Source: Somniosus microcephalus
Lineage: Eukaryota
Assembly (NCBI GenBank): GCA_052327205.1
Contig: CM126211.1
Location: forward strand, 35,588,001-35,652,000
Direction: 5' to 3'
Length of the DNA stretch: 64,000 nucleotides
Positions within the stretch are counted from its first letter, which is position 1. The number at the start of each line of letters is the position of its first letter. A program made the translations under genes and the position numbers. Of the stretch, positions 24,680 through 37,764 are shown piece after piece. The notes beneath the pieces were generated by a model. That model did not search any database. It had not been told where the DNA came from and saw nothing but the letters and a program-made list of their open reading frames with translations.

Positions 24680-25645
24680 TGTAATGATATCAGCAAATAG
24701 TGATTATTTGCCTGTTTGATTATGATGCCTTACCAGCATGTTTGCATGTATTGATTACTTATGCCTGACCAGCAGAGGTCATGTGACAGAGACAAGCACT
24801 TGAGTTTAGTTTCAGTTTCATTCTAGATGCATCACTAGCATGATGTCTCCTGTAAATGCTGTATAAAGAGTTGAACAGACTTTAGATTAAAAGACATTGG
24901 CCTAGAAATTCAGTGCCCTTAGCACCGATTTTGCGGCGCTAGAGGGCCTAGCGCTGCAATTGGCGCCGGTTCCTAAATTGCCTGGGGCCCTTCCGCGGCG
25001 GTAGACCGGTAGCGCTGCGCCGGCACAGATGACGTCATCGGTGTGCGCAGCGTCCCGGTTGCCGTGGTAACCCGGCCCCAAGCCGAAATTCAGTTGCGCC
25101 CGCCTCGCCCGTGGCAGGCGCAACTAAGACTCCGGCAACAGAGTCTTCCCCCAGTGTGCGCCGGCGCATAAAGGTGGAGCGGCGGCCGGCCGCGTTCCCG
25201 GCGGCCGCCTGCCCGCACCTCCCTTCCCGGACTCCTGCATTCCCCCCCCGCGGCCCTGATCAGTGTCTCATGCGAGCCCGGCACTTCCCCGAGGTGCCGG
25301 GCTCAGATGTCGGGTCAATCCGCCGGACAGTTGTCGGCTGCAGGCAGCTCCTCCTTAACAGGAGGAGGAGGCCTGCAGTTCCCCCGCCTGCCGCACCGCA
25401 TCGGGTGCCGCAGCGGGGGATTAGCGCCGGGAAACCCAAGTTGACGCCCGTTTTGAGGCGCTAAAGGAGGGTTTTAGCGCCCGCCGCCGTCTGGGCCCGG
25501 CGCACCCGAATTTTCGTCGGGCGCTGCCGCATTACCGCTGGCGCAAACTTTCTGGCGCTACAGCCCTGGCAAGACCAGAACCCAATTTCTAGGCCATTCT
25601 CTTTCATAAATGTCTCGTCATTGAACCCACAAAGAAATCAATACA
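24680..25645. mobile_element. Solo LTR (about 270 bp once the MITE is removed)
   Basis: TGTA...TACA ends, 5-bp TSD TCTAC; removing it restores integrase QEWEVESQVMVR. Confidence 0.8.
24899..25595. mobile_element. Non-autonomous MITE with Harbinger B-type ends
   Basis: TIRs GGCCTAGAAATT, TSD ATT, GC-rich, no credible ORF. Confidence 0.9.
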
Positions 25646-27548
25646 TCTACTTCCCACTCCTGGGGTATACTCAGAGCCAGGTGTAGTCGGTTGCGTTGGT
25701 GCACCTTCCCAATGTTGTAGGTGGCCCTCAGGTTCAGTTCTTTTAAAGTTCCCCACAGGTCACTCAGTAATTTGTCCTGAGTCACCTCCTTAATTTGTTT
25801 ATCAGTCAGAGCGGGGACCAACAGGTGTGTGGGGGTTCACATGGGTCTCTCCGTTACCAATTCATGAGGGGAATGACCCGTTCCTTTGGATCTGTTACTA
25901 CATATCCCCATTAAGATTAGGGGAATTACCTCATCGCACTTAGTGTGTTCGTTTAATTCCTTTCACAGGGCCAACTTCGATGTACAGTTCATTCTTTCCA
26001 CAATTACCAATGATTGTGGGTTGTGGGTCACATGCCATTTCTCTTCAATTCCAAGCAATTTCAGAGTGGCTTGCATTACCTGACCTGTAAAATGACTTCC
26101 CTGGCCTGACTCTACCATGTGAGGAAGTCCCCAACTGGAGAATGCCTCTCTAACTAGGGTCTTGGCTGTCCATGAGGCTGCGGCCAACTTGCACAGGAAG
26201 ACTTCTACCCACCTGGTAATCTTGTACCATCAACACTCATCTGGCCCCCTGCTTCAAAGAAAAACAGACAATCCGTTGTGGTTTGCCTATGATCCCAATG
26301 GGTTAATTCATCAATTCCTGATTCTCTTCTGTCACTGTGGGGAAATATTCACTTAAAATTAAAAAGATTAAATTTAATAATGTCCAATATCTTTAAATAT
26401 AGTTGTTGTATGGTGAAAACCAGCTGTGAGCAGAAAGGGTTAACTCCTTTGCAGATTTGTAAGAAGGCGGAGCAAATTGTCAGACGCACGCAATTGCGTC
26501 ACTTCACGTAAATCTTTAAAAAACTTTCCCGATCAAAAAAGACAGTTTGGTTTTCACAATTTCATAGGTTAATTAACATTTTTCAAAAGTAGACTAACAC
26601 AGATACCATCAATCAATGTCAACTTGTGTCACACAGTTTCTCACAGCTTTCAGGTAAATTTAAAACAAAATCTTTGTGCCTTTAAATTTACAAACATTTT
26701 GTGAAACAACTCCACACACAATAGCATTTCTATTGTTTTCCCCTGGTCACACACACTTGAAATTAGTCAGAAATTTCAAAAATACCAATTGTTGATGTGA
26801 TTGCCTCATGACTGGAACTAAAGGCTTTCACACAATTTACACCAACCAGAATTTCACCGTGGCCACAATAAAAGTCTGGTTTAAACAGGTTAATTTACCT
26901 CAATAACGCCAATTCAATTCAAACCATTATCCCAAACTAACCAGTACCGCTTGAAATGAAAGGGAGAAGCTTCCCTCAGCTTGTAGCTTTGAAACATTCA
27001 TACAAGTTTTTTTCAGACATCACTTCAGACAGAACTTTTCCTTTTCTCCTTTCTTTATTTCATCTTAGGCTACTTGTCAAAAACTTAGAAAGTGGGCGTC
27101 TCGGATTTGCAGTGACCAAATTAAGAAAACAATGCTTTGTAAACATTCAAATTCATTTAAAATCAAATCAAACAATAGCTATTTTTTAAAATCCAATTAA
27201 AATAAAATGCTTTCAAAAAGTCCAAATTCATTTCTACCAGACACGATTAGAAACCATGGCAACTGTAACTTCAAGGCTGAAGCTTATCTTTTGTAAAACA
27301 AACTGCCTCTGACTTACAGTTTGCTGTACAAGCCGCCCCAGTCAAAATATATCCACAGCAGTGTCTTTAACTTAAAAATGCAAATCACAAAGTTTCTCCC
27401 ACTTCTAGGTGCACAATCTTAAATTGAAATGAACATATTTAACACATCCACACTCTTAAAACTTCCAATGTCCAACAAAGGATTAAACGGCTTTAGTTCC
27501 ATGCACGTAAAAGTGCGTGGAGCTAAAACAAACACAACAGACACTTCA

Positions 27549-27681
27549 AGGGATATGGGGAGAAGGCAGGGACAGGGTACTGAGTTTGGATGATCAGCCA
27601 TGATCTCATTGAATGGTGGAGCAGGCTTGAGGGGCTGAATGGCCTACTCCTGCTCCTATCTTCTATGTTTCTCTGTTTCTT
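27549..27681 (+). mobile_element. 5'-truncated CR1 LINE 3' end
   Basis: gatcagccatgatctcattgaatggtggagcaggcttgaggggctgaatggcctactcctgctcct followed by a (tctatgtt)-like tail. Confidence 0.75.
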
Positions 27682-28530
27682 TCAAAAACAGACTTTCAGA
27701 CAAAAGGAAAACTATAACTTCTTAAAATTCATAGTCAGGAAAACATCCACACTTTAACACACACTTTCACACAAACTGACATTCCAGCATCCTTTAAGGC
27801 TCATTTCAGTCAGCAAATCTTGTGTTTTATTTAATTTCTCCCGACACAGTGTCGGTAAAACTTTAAGTTTCTCTTTTTTTTTCCTTCTTTTAAATTGTCG
27901 TCTCAGCAGCTTTCCCTGGCTCTCCAAATCCTGTTTTGTTTTTCCCTTCCTTGGCCGAGTTTCAGATTGGTTAGCCTGCAACTTAGATCTTTTTCCATCT
28001 TTATCTCCCACTCTTTAACCCGCTTATTACATTCAGTGTGATCCCCACGAGCACTCCGTTTCTCTGGAGCCTGTTTCTGGGTGACCCTAAATGCAACCTT
28101 CAGGTCCTTATTGATCTGTTCTGCCTGCTCTGCCCGATGTCTCTGTTTGGATAGTTGTTTGACAAGGCATCACACAGATTCTGATTATTTATACACTGGC
28201 TCTCGAATTGTTGTTCTTTATTACACCACCTCTCCTCCTGTTCTAACTTTTCCTCGAGCCTGTTTCTACGTTCCCTTTTTTCTTCTGTTTCTTTTCTTAA
28301 CTTGATCTTTACCCTTTCATCAGATTTAACCTGCCACTGATAGGCCAATTAGCAAATGGATTTCTTTAACCTTTGCTGACACATGGACCCTTGTCCACTG
28401 TTCAGCCTCAAATACTTGTTCATCACAGTCTATAATGACCTGTACCCACCCCTCCCTGAGGGGTAGCTTTGTCATCACATATTTTGTGACTAACTCATCC
28501 ATTGTCTTTGCCATTGTTTGTTCCGAACGG

Positions 28531-28548
28531 GTCCCTGTTCGGGCGCCA
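28531..28548 (-). promoter_or_regulatory. Primer-binding site, tRNA-Lys(UUU)
   Basis: TGGCGCCCGAACAGGGAC, the canonical 18-nt Lys3 PBS, 6 nt from the LTR. Confidence 0.9.
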
Positions 28549-29953
28549 ATTATCTGTAAGACGTTCTGATTGTCTGACAGTTTATAGAGTTCAGACACGT
28601 GGAACAGACAATACAAATCCCAATGAATCTATGAAACGTTTTAACTTAAAAATTAACAAGGGGTTGCAAGTAATTGCCAGAATGCAAACTGTACTCAATT
28701 CTTGTACTTATTACAAGCAAGCATCTAAAATCATTTACTTTAGGCTCAGGTGATTATAAACAAAACCACATACGTACTAACACCAGATGAGAGGTCAATT
28801 CAGCGATGACTTCAACTGGCAACTGACTAGGTCACCATCGACTATAGCTCCGAATGTCAGTGTTCAATAACATTTATACCTCATAACTTGGCAACTCGCC
28901 CACAGCATTCATGTCCCAAATTGTGTGGATAATGTTGTTTTCCTCTCTCTCTCTCTTTCTCTTCCTATCTGTTTTGATGCTTAGTTAGCCAAGGCCAGAC
29001 ATCCAAGGATTGGAGAGATTCGTTGCTTTTCACATCTGCAGAGTTGTTGACTCATGGTTCTCACAGAATTTTCAAGATCTTATTTTTTGAAGGAAAAGTA
29101 CCAGCCCATCATGTTTTAGCCAAGCAGTCCCTTGCCCTCAAAGCTTGCCGGTACATTTGGTCACATTTAGATTCAGTGAAGTTTACCATGGACAGTGTTA
29201 CACCACCTCCATCAATAGACCTGTGGAGCCAACCATGATGCAGCGTCTTATGGCCGATGTCTCAGTTTCGATTGCAGCATAAGCAGCATCCACCCAATGT
29301 CTGAGTGCTGCATGGAAGCTCAGGCTGCTGCTGTCATCATGGCTCTGGATACCAATGTGTAAAGCAGTTTCCAGAGCATCATAGCAGTCCAGCAATCTGT
29401 TCTCCAACAGAGTATTAAGATTGCTGAGGCCTCACCCCGGGAGAGTGACAGTGATTCTATAGAGTACAAACCTGCTGTCCTCTCTCAGTATGACAGCATT
29501 TGTGCTCCCACCCCTGGCATTTTTCCAGTGCCCTTGTTGTTGCCTATCAGCCAACCAGCCCAGACTGCTGCAGACCAGGCCAAGATGGTACAATCTGTAG
29601 CCGGGCCTTCTAGGCCCAGAGCTGCTCGAGGTCGTCCTCCAAGAGCACCTGCAGTCTTCTACACTGAATGTCAGCAGCCTTCCACCAGTCATGCTATAGC
29701 CACTGGGAAAGCACCTCGTAGGAGCACTAAGAAAGGCAAAGGTGCATGGAAGAGGCACTAAGGGAATACATAAGGGTGATTATTTTTTTTGTATGCACTG
29801 CAGCGTGATTTAATTTATAAATTTGAATTGGAATGTGTATTTTGTGTTGGCTTTTATTTTTGCATTGTGGGAATGTGGACAATGTGATGGTTAGTGACAG
29901 AAGAAAGGTAAGGAATGTAGGACTATTGGTGAATGGGGAATTGGGGGTTGAGA

Positions 29954-31073
29954 TTACAGGTAGCGCTCATGAATTATTTGTTTATGTAGAGCCCGGGCAT
30001 AAAAGAGCTGTTGAGCTTGCAGCCTCCCTTTCTCTTCCTCCTCTTCTTCCACATTCTCCTCCTCCTTGTGCTGCTTCTCCTCAGCTTCTCACCTGATAGG
30101 TGCTAGCAAGGGCCGTTCCCTCATAATGACAAGGTTGTGCAGCATGCAGCATACCACAACAAATCTTGAGTCGCGCTCAACTGAGTACTGCAGGGCCCCA
30201 TCAGAACGGTTCAGGCAGCGAAAGCGTTGCTTGAGGATGCCAATGATCTGGCCTATAAGATTCTTTGTGGCAGCATGGCTCTCATTGTATGCCTGCTGTG
30301 CACATATGCATGGGTTCTGGACCGGAGTCATGAGCCATGTCATGAGTGGATAACCCTTGTTGCCCAGTAGCCACCTTTTGGTTTGCCTTGGTGGTTGAAA
30401 TACAGCTGGCACTGAGGACTGCTGCAGAATGGAGGAATTGTGACGGCTGCCTGGATACCGGGCATTGACCTGCATGATGTGTTGCCTGTGGTCACACACC
30501 AGCTCTGCACTGAGGGAGTGGAATCTCTTTCGGTTCAGGTAAATGGCCAAGTTCACATGAGGTGCCCGCAAAGCAATGTGCATGCAGTCAATGGCACCCT
30601 GCACCATGCAATCCTTGCAAATCCTTGTGCTCGCTCCACTTGTTTGTCTCTGGTAAGAAGGAATGAGATAATGTTGTCTCTCTTTGCATAGAGAGCCTCA
30701 CTGATCTCCCTTATGCAGCAGTGCACTACAAACTAAGGATGTTACTTATATCTCCAGTAGTAGCCTGGAAGGAGCCAGACGCATAAACGGTCAGAGCCAC
30801 GGTCACCTTCACAGCCACTGGCAATGCAGTCCTTGCCCTGCTCTGAGGTTGGAGTTGTGACTGCAGCAGTTGGCAGATTTCAGCATTGGTCGTTGCTGAA
30901 ATTCAAGTAGGGAATTTCTCCCTAAACACCCTTTGCGGCTGTGAACTCCTGCTGAGAGCCCTTCTCCCCTTCCTCCTCCTCCCTCTTCTAGCAGCTTGTC
31001 CTGCTCTGTGTGGCCTCTGCTCATTCTCCCAGTAATGCTCAAGGTCAAGAGGAAGTCTTACTAGGCCACCCAT
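29954..31073 (-). pseudogene. HARBI1-like transposase of Harbinger C
   Basis: GAIDCMH, LGNKGYP and CCMLHN motifs; frameshifts and mutated catalytic residues. Confidence 0.88.
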
Positions 31074-32385
31074 GTCTGGAAGGAACTTCGAACAGTCTCC
31101 TTGGATGAGCATCTTCTCTGCTTCCTTATTCATTTAGAATCAGGAAGCACTGCCAATGTTTGAGTCAGGGCTACAACATGGGAGGTGCTTCAGAGTGAGA
31201 ACAGGGGCTCTGGAACCCAGTGCCAAACTACAGTAACAGTTGGAAACTCGAGTCCTAGACTGCTCATGTACAACTCTATAGGGGATCTACAGGCTTGAGG
31301 AATATATAATTTCTTTAAATGATCACCAGAACAGACTTTCACTTTACAATTATATTCAGCTTTGTAAATATCTTAAAACATCAAAAACTGTAGCCAGGTT
31401 TGACGCCTGGTCTATATTGAGTTGTCTGATTTAAGTTGAGATAGTAATGCTCAGTGTTGCTGGACTAAGACTGTTGTGCATGTACCTTTAAGGGAATAAC
31501 TGGCCTCAGACTGCAGTACCGGCAGTGACCACCCCTGTATAAAAGGCCCTAGTAGGCTTCTGTAGTTTCAGTTTCCAAGTTGTCTCCATTCAGTAAAGAC
31601 TTGTTATAATCAACTCCTGCAGTCTGTGTCTCAATTATACACGGACAAAATACTGGTGACGAGTAAGAAATGAACTTACCTGCAACTCGGCAGCACCTCA
31701 GACGACGTTATTGAAGGTCGAAGCCAGAAGAAAAAAAAAAAATAATAATCCAAAGAAACTCGAGAAACGGGCGTCGACCGTGGGCAACTGCCCTCCAAAT
31801 CATCGAATTGAAAAGTGCAGGAGAGACTGTCGAGAGCCAGGCTTTGTTCTCCAGTCTGTGGTTTCACAGCTAATCGGGCTGGTGGCAGGTAGTGCACTGA
31901 TCCTTCCTGGGCTACGGCGGGCTAGAGCTCGATCGGGTGGCTCTGCAACGGGGCCGGGCAGCGAGTCGGGAAGCAAAGAGAGAGAGAGAGGGTGGAGCAC
32001 ACAGGGCGCGGCCGGTGTTTCGAAGCCGGGCAGCGTTCGGACCTAAGAAGAGGGAGGGAAGTGTCCCAGAGGGTCCGCTCCACGCCGGGAATGGTTCTTC
32101 AATTAACGGAGCAAATATTGAAGCGCGATAGAAAAATAAAAATACCGCGGAGAGCGGCGTTGGCAGCAGCGATCAGGGAGGCGCGACGACCATAGGGCGT
32201 CGCCATTACAGGATAGTAAAATAAATATAATCACCAGCAACAGCATTGGCAGCAGCGGCAGTGGCGGGAAAGCGTGGGAGGCACCATCTTAACTCGGCGG
32301 GGAAGAAGGAAAAGCGCGGGAGGCGCCATTTTGATCCATCGGGGACGAAGGCAAAGCACAGGAGGCGCCATCTTAGATTTTCAAG

Positions 32386-35300
32386 ATGCCAAAGACTGGC
32401 GATATCACTGCCTTCGATAATGCAATAGAAGACTGGACCACGTATATGGAAAGAGTCGAGGTATATTGCGAGGCAAACGAAATAGCCGATGAGAAAAAGG
32501 CATCGGTATTGCTAAATTTAATGGACGCAAGAACGTACGGCCTATTGCGGGACCTGATTACTCCAGCCAAACCAAAGGCGAAGAGTTTTAACGAAATTGT
32601 TGCTTTCCTACAGGAACACCTAAATCCTACACCGCTGCTGATAGCAGAAAGATTTAAATTCCACAGGAGAAATCAGCATAAAAATGAGAGCAATGCTGAT
32701 TACCTTACGGAACTATGCAAGCTATCAAAGCACTGCCAGTTCAGAGCAGGACTGGCAAATACCTTACGGGACAAATTTGTCTGTGGACTCCTGAGTGAAG
32801 GAACCCAGAAGAGGTTACTCTCAGAGAAAGAGATGACGCTAGATAAGGCTTTCAGCGTGGCAGTATCATACAAAGCAGCAGCAAGGGGAGCTGCAGAAAT
32901 ACAACAAAAGCCACAGGAATACGGCACCCACGAAATGACACGGGGATTTGCAAAATGTTATCGCTGCGGCAGAACAAACCATGACCAGAAGGACTGCTGG
33001 TCCAAGGACAAAATATGCAGGCAATGCAGAAAGATGGGACACATTGCACGAGTTTGCAGGTCTGGGAAGAAGACCAACGACAACAAAAAGGCTACTAAGG
33101 AACCATACAGGAAAGTACAAAAGATGACGGACAGTAGTTCCGAAGACCAGATGAGCGATAGTGAATCCGGGAACAAGAGACTAAGCTGTCTCAAACTTCA
33201 CAACGTAATCGCAAAAGAGGATCACCGAACCATTTGGGTCACCCTCACGATAGCAGGGTCCCAAGTCAAAATGAAATTGGATACAGGATCAGCTCTAACC
33301 GTCATGAATCGACGAGACTACGAGCGGCTATTCTCACACATACCCTTGAGAGAGACATCCATTGTCTTGAGGACGTATACGGGGCAAAAAGTATACCCCA
33401 GAGGAAAAATAAGGGTGCCTGTCGAATACAATGGCAAGAAAATACGGAAATTGTATCTCTACATTCTGCAAGATGGTGGAGCACCGTTATTGGGATGTGA
33501 ATGGATCAGAAAGATAAGTTTAGACTGGCACTCCATTCAGGCACTGACGGTGGCTGGTAAAAAGGATGACGACGTCACTCCTGGACGATTGTCAACAATT
33601 TTAGCTGACGCCAAAGAGGTATTTCAACAAGAACTGGGCACTCTTAAAGGCGTAACCGCCTCGATAAAAATAGAGGAGAATGCAATTCCCAAGTTTTTCA
33701 AAGCAAGACCGGTACCATATGCAATTCGCCCAGCCGTCGAGGCAGAGCTGGAGAATCTGGAGAATGCAGGCGTGTTGTCTAAGGTAGACTGGAGCGAGTG
33801 GGCGACACCCATCATTCCTGTCATGAAGAAAACGTTAAACAATAAGTCTGAGGAGCCAAGGAAGGTTCGCATCTGTGGGGTCATCAAGGTGACGGTGAAC
33901 CCAGTCCTTCACACTGTACAATATCCTCTTCCAAGGATAGAAGATATCTTCGCCTCACTATCTGGAGGGAAGTGTTTTACAAAAATTGACCTAGCACAAG
34001 CATATTTGCAGATGGAGGTTGAAGAATCCTCTAGGAAGTATCTCACGATAAACACTCACAAAGGTCTTTACCAGTATAATCGACTGGTATTCAGAGTAGC
34101 ATCAGCTCCGGCGATATGGCAAAGAGCGATGGAACAAGTCCTGCAAGGGATTCCGGGGACTCAGTGTTACTTGGACGACATCCTAGTGACAGGTGAAGAT
34201 GACAGTGAACACCTTGCCAACCTAGAGCAGGTGCTCACTAGACTACGTGAACATGGGCTACGAGCCAATCGCCCCAAGTGCGAGTTTTTTAAGAAACAGA
34301 TATCGTATTGTGGCCACGTGATTGATGAAGAGTGGTTGCATAAGTCCCCTGACAAAATTGAAGCAGTAGTTAAGGCTCCAGCGCCTGAAAATGTGTCGCA
34401 ACTGAGGTCATTTCTCGGATTGGTGAATTACTACCATAAGTTTTTGCTGAATTTGTCCACAATTCTGCATCCACTGAACGCCCTACTACGAACGGGAGTA
34501 GAATGGAAATGGAGCGATGAATGTAAGCGGGCCTTTCAGAAGAGTAAGGATCTAATCACTTCAAGAGAAGTATTGGCTCACAACAACCCATCACTACCGA
34601 TAAGACTGGCGTGTGATGCTTCTCCCTACGGCATTGGGGCGGTACTGTCACATAAATTCCTTGATGGTTCAGCGAGGCCGATAGCTTTTGCGTCGCGCTC
34701 GTTAACTTCAGCCAAGCGTAACTACGCCCAGATTGACAGAGAGGCCCTCAGCCTGGTGTGGGGGGTGAAGAAGTTCAATCACTACCTGCACGGTCAGAAA
34801 TTTACTCTACTAACTGATCATCAACCTCTCGTCTCCATTTTCAACCCTCAGAAGGGCGTACCGATAATGACGGCACAACGGCTACAGAGGCGGTCCCTGT
34901 TCCTAAGGGCACACCAATATGACATCGAGTACAAAGGAACTAAACAGCATGGGAATGCTGATGGATTGTCGCGCCTGCCGTTGCCGACGGTGGAAGAGGA
35001 ACTGGCAGTGGATCCAGTGGAGTTATTCCACTCGACTATAGTTGAATGTCTCCCTGTGACGCATGCAAACATAGAAAAGGAAACACGAAATGACCCGACA
35101 CTCTCCTGGGTCTATGATTTAACGGTGAAGGGATGGCCAGCACATGGCGAACCACTGCTGCCAGCATTCTCGCCGAGAAGAGAACAGCTGTCAGTGTGCC
35201 GAGGAACCTTGATGTGTGGATCCAGAGTAGTAATTCCACCCAAATTGAAGGATAGAGTGCTCAATGAGCTTCATGAGGGTCATCTGGGAGGGGTAAAAAT

Positions 35301-35808
35301 GAAGAACTTAGCCAGAGCGTTTGTGTGGTGGCCGGGAATCGATAGAGAAATCGAAGAGATGACCAAGAGCTGCACTGGATGCCAGAAGGTCCAAAACGCT
35401 CCACCACAAGCCCCTCTACATCCATGGGAGTGGCCCTCATCTCCATGGCAAAGGGTGCACATTGATTTTGCTGGTCCCTTTATGGACTCAATGTTTTTAA
35501 TTGCGGTGGATGCACATTCAAAGTGGCCAGAGGTAATAAAAATGTCCTCATCCACCACAGAAAAAACTATCACAGTCTTACGAACCATATTCACCAGGAA
35601 TGGGCTGCCTGAACAGATTTGGTCTGACAATGGACCACAGTTTGTGTCTGAAGAGTTCCGGAGGTTCTTAAAGAACAATGGTGTTAAGCATTACACATCT
35701 GCCCCATATCATCCAGCCACTGATGGATTGGCAGAGAGGTTTGTTCAAACATTCAAAAGGCTATCAAGGCAATGTGTATTGAAGATATACCCCTACAACA
35801 CAAGGTGG
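32386..35808 (+). pseudogene. G2 gag-pol (long open frame; integrase C-terminus continues at 48140-48676)
   Basis: Single ORF with zinc knuckles, LDTGS, YLDD, DAS and integrase core; frameshift near 35755, then provirus insertion. Confidence 0.92.
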
Positions 35809-37347
35809 TGTAGGGTTTTTTTTCCTGTTCTCTTGCCCGTTCTGGCCCCCTGCCAGGCTTCGTGCAAGAATTACCCTTGAGTGGTTCGACCCACCCCCCC
35901 CTACGGTTCTAGACCTTGGACTTAGATGCAGAGAACAGTAATGCAGAGAAGAGGACTCAATAGACCAGGCTGAATAGCACGAAATGGATGCTTTTATTTT
36001 TGAACAGTTTGAAGCATTACAAAATACATGTCATAGGCACAGATTAAAGTAACTACAATCATGCACAAATTTATGAACTTGACTCTATGGAAATGGGGAA
36101 CACACGGCACATCGTAAAAGGGGAAACACATTACGATTTCCCTTAACTCCCTCCCCTATACCTAAACTAAGTTTCGACCTGGGGAACTTGGGATCATGCT
36201 CACCACTCTCGAAATCGCGAAAAGGGGTTCGCAGCCTTTTTGACACCGCTTCCCGTCGTCACGTGGATTGGAAGCTTCTGGCGCAGTCGATATTCTCTCC
36301 TCCCTCGAGGCGGTGGGGTAGACCCAGCCTCGATGAGCGCTCGTCAAGGTTGAGATCCACTAGGCCTGTCGTGGATTTTTGTTCGTGGAGTAGACCTAGA
36401 TGCAGGTTATGCACATGGGAGAATCTTGTGGCATCGATCGCCGGTTCTCCAAAGGGTTTCTTCTCCGTCGGCCTGGGTCGTCGATGATCTCCCGACCCCA
36501 GTACCCGGGCCACCCTTGTCGTCTTCTCGTCGTGGCCGAGCCTTGTTTGGCTGAACACCGGCCACGTTGTCCCTTTTCCGAAACCGTCCGTCTTTAAAAA
36601 GACGAAAACGTTTTCATCGATCTGCCGAAGTGGAAGAGGCGCCGATCCGGGCACCGTCCGCCCTTCGTTCGTTCCTCGTAGAAGAAAGTTCTTGAAGAAA
36701 AAAGGAAGCCTGAAGTCGCCCAACAAGAAGCCGTAGCAGTGAAGAAGTAACTTAGATGGACTTTCAATCCATAGTTATACTCTTTTGGGACAGTCTTATC
36801 TCCTGCCAAATCATAGTCCTGTCTTTGTATTAATTTTGGCGGGCAGAGATCTCTGCAGGGGCGCTTTGTCTGGTAACGGAGCCGGTGATAACTTGAACTG
36901 GCCTTCCTGGCCGATAATGTCTGTTAATGTCCTTTGCATTGTCACCGCGGCTCGGTTCGCATATTGATCGGTCCGGACATTTTCCTTGATGGCTGCTAAA
37001 CGGTTTTTCCTTTGTACAATAAATGGGTATAAGTGTTTTTACATTGTCCGCCCATATCTTGATGGGCCCCATCCTGTACTTATAATCCATTGAATATGTA
37101 TGCTGTTGCTCTGAGTTTCGGTTCCCAGATACTGGCTTTCGCGGGCTTACTGTCTTCAATCCACAAGCCTGTCTGGCTTGCAGTAACAGAAATAAACTGG
37201 TTCAGAAACTGATCACGGGGCCTGGCGGCCATTTTGTATGCCCTTTTATCAAAGGTTTTTCTGTGCAAGCTTACTTTGGTCAATAAACAGTCTTATTTTT
37301 ATCCAGTTTTCTTGCTTGATTTTTGCTGAAAATTTTCGAATCTTACA
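35809..37347 (-). repeat. 3' LTR of provirus
   Basis: TGTAAG...CCTACA on minus; about 99% identical to 46601-48139 by eye; PPT AGGGGGG adjacent at about 37350-37356. Confidence 0.95.
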
Positions 37348-37764
37348 GGCCCCCCTGTGATACTGATAGCTTGCTTAAAGTATCAATCCTTGATGAGCAA
37401 ATTTTCCCTGATTCCCCACATCCAAACTTTCCTGGCACTTAACTATCTATGCCCCTCACGACACATGCAGTTCCCATTTCCGGAGAAAATGAAAATTACC
37501 TCATGCACATTTGGAATCAAAGACAGCAAATCTTAAACTATAACACCTTCACCTGTCAGATGGGCAGGGGTTGATACCCTTTTGCGCCATCTGCATACAC
37601 TTTTTATTAATCAAAACTTAATAACGACTAATAACATAACAATACTTAATTCCTTATAACCCAAACCAAACGCAAAAGAAAACACGGATGTTCAAAAGAG
37701 AAACAAAAACCAAAAAAAAAAAAAAATCTTAAAATGGATGGACTCTTAATCTTCTACTAGCAGC

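Larger units (their letters stand above)
24218..26230 (-). pseudogene. Integrase remnant of the 18655-29202 element
   Basis: WGLPHMVESGQGSHFTGQVMQ and KPLYKGPYNIIDKACPMVYAV...KWFHINQ closely match the integrase in 40305-43229. Confidence 0.85.
18655..29202 (-). mobile_element. Degraded retrovirus-like LTR element related to the 35809-48139 provirus
   Basis: LTRs 28555-29202 and 18655-18835 plus 23351-23911 (split by Harbinger B), 4-bp TSD CCAC, PBS TGGCGCCCGAACAGGGAC, integrase remnants at 24218-24679 and 25646-26230. Confidence 0.85.
16881..29761 (+). pseudogene. Myb/SANT-like gene of Harbinger C (interrupted)
   Basis: MANHGRERAPRFSDAALEVLVEEVERRR...CRKKFNDL; exon 2 from 17381; C-terminal AGPSRPRAARGRPPR...RRS like A and B; stops and insertions. 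Confidence 0.8.
16600..31130. mobile_element. Old Harbinger element C, split by SINE and LTR-element insertions
   Basis: Left end GGGGGTTAAATTGG; Myb gene pieces on plus (16881-18654 and 29203-29761) and transposase on minus; right end not found. Confidence 0.75.
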
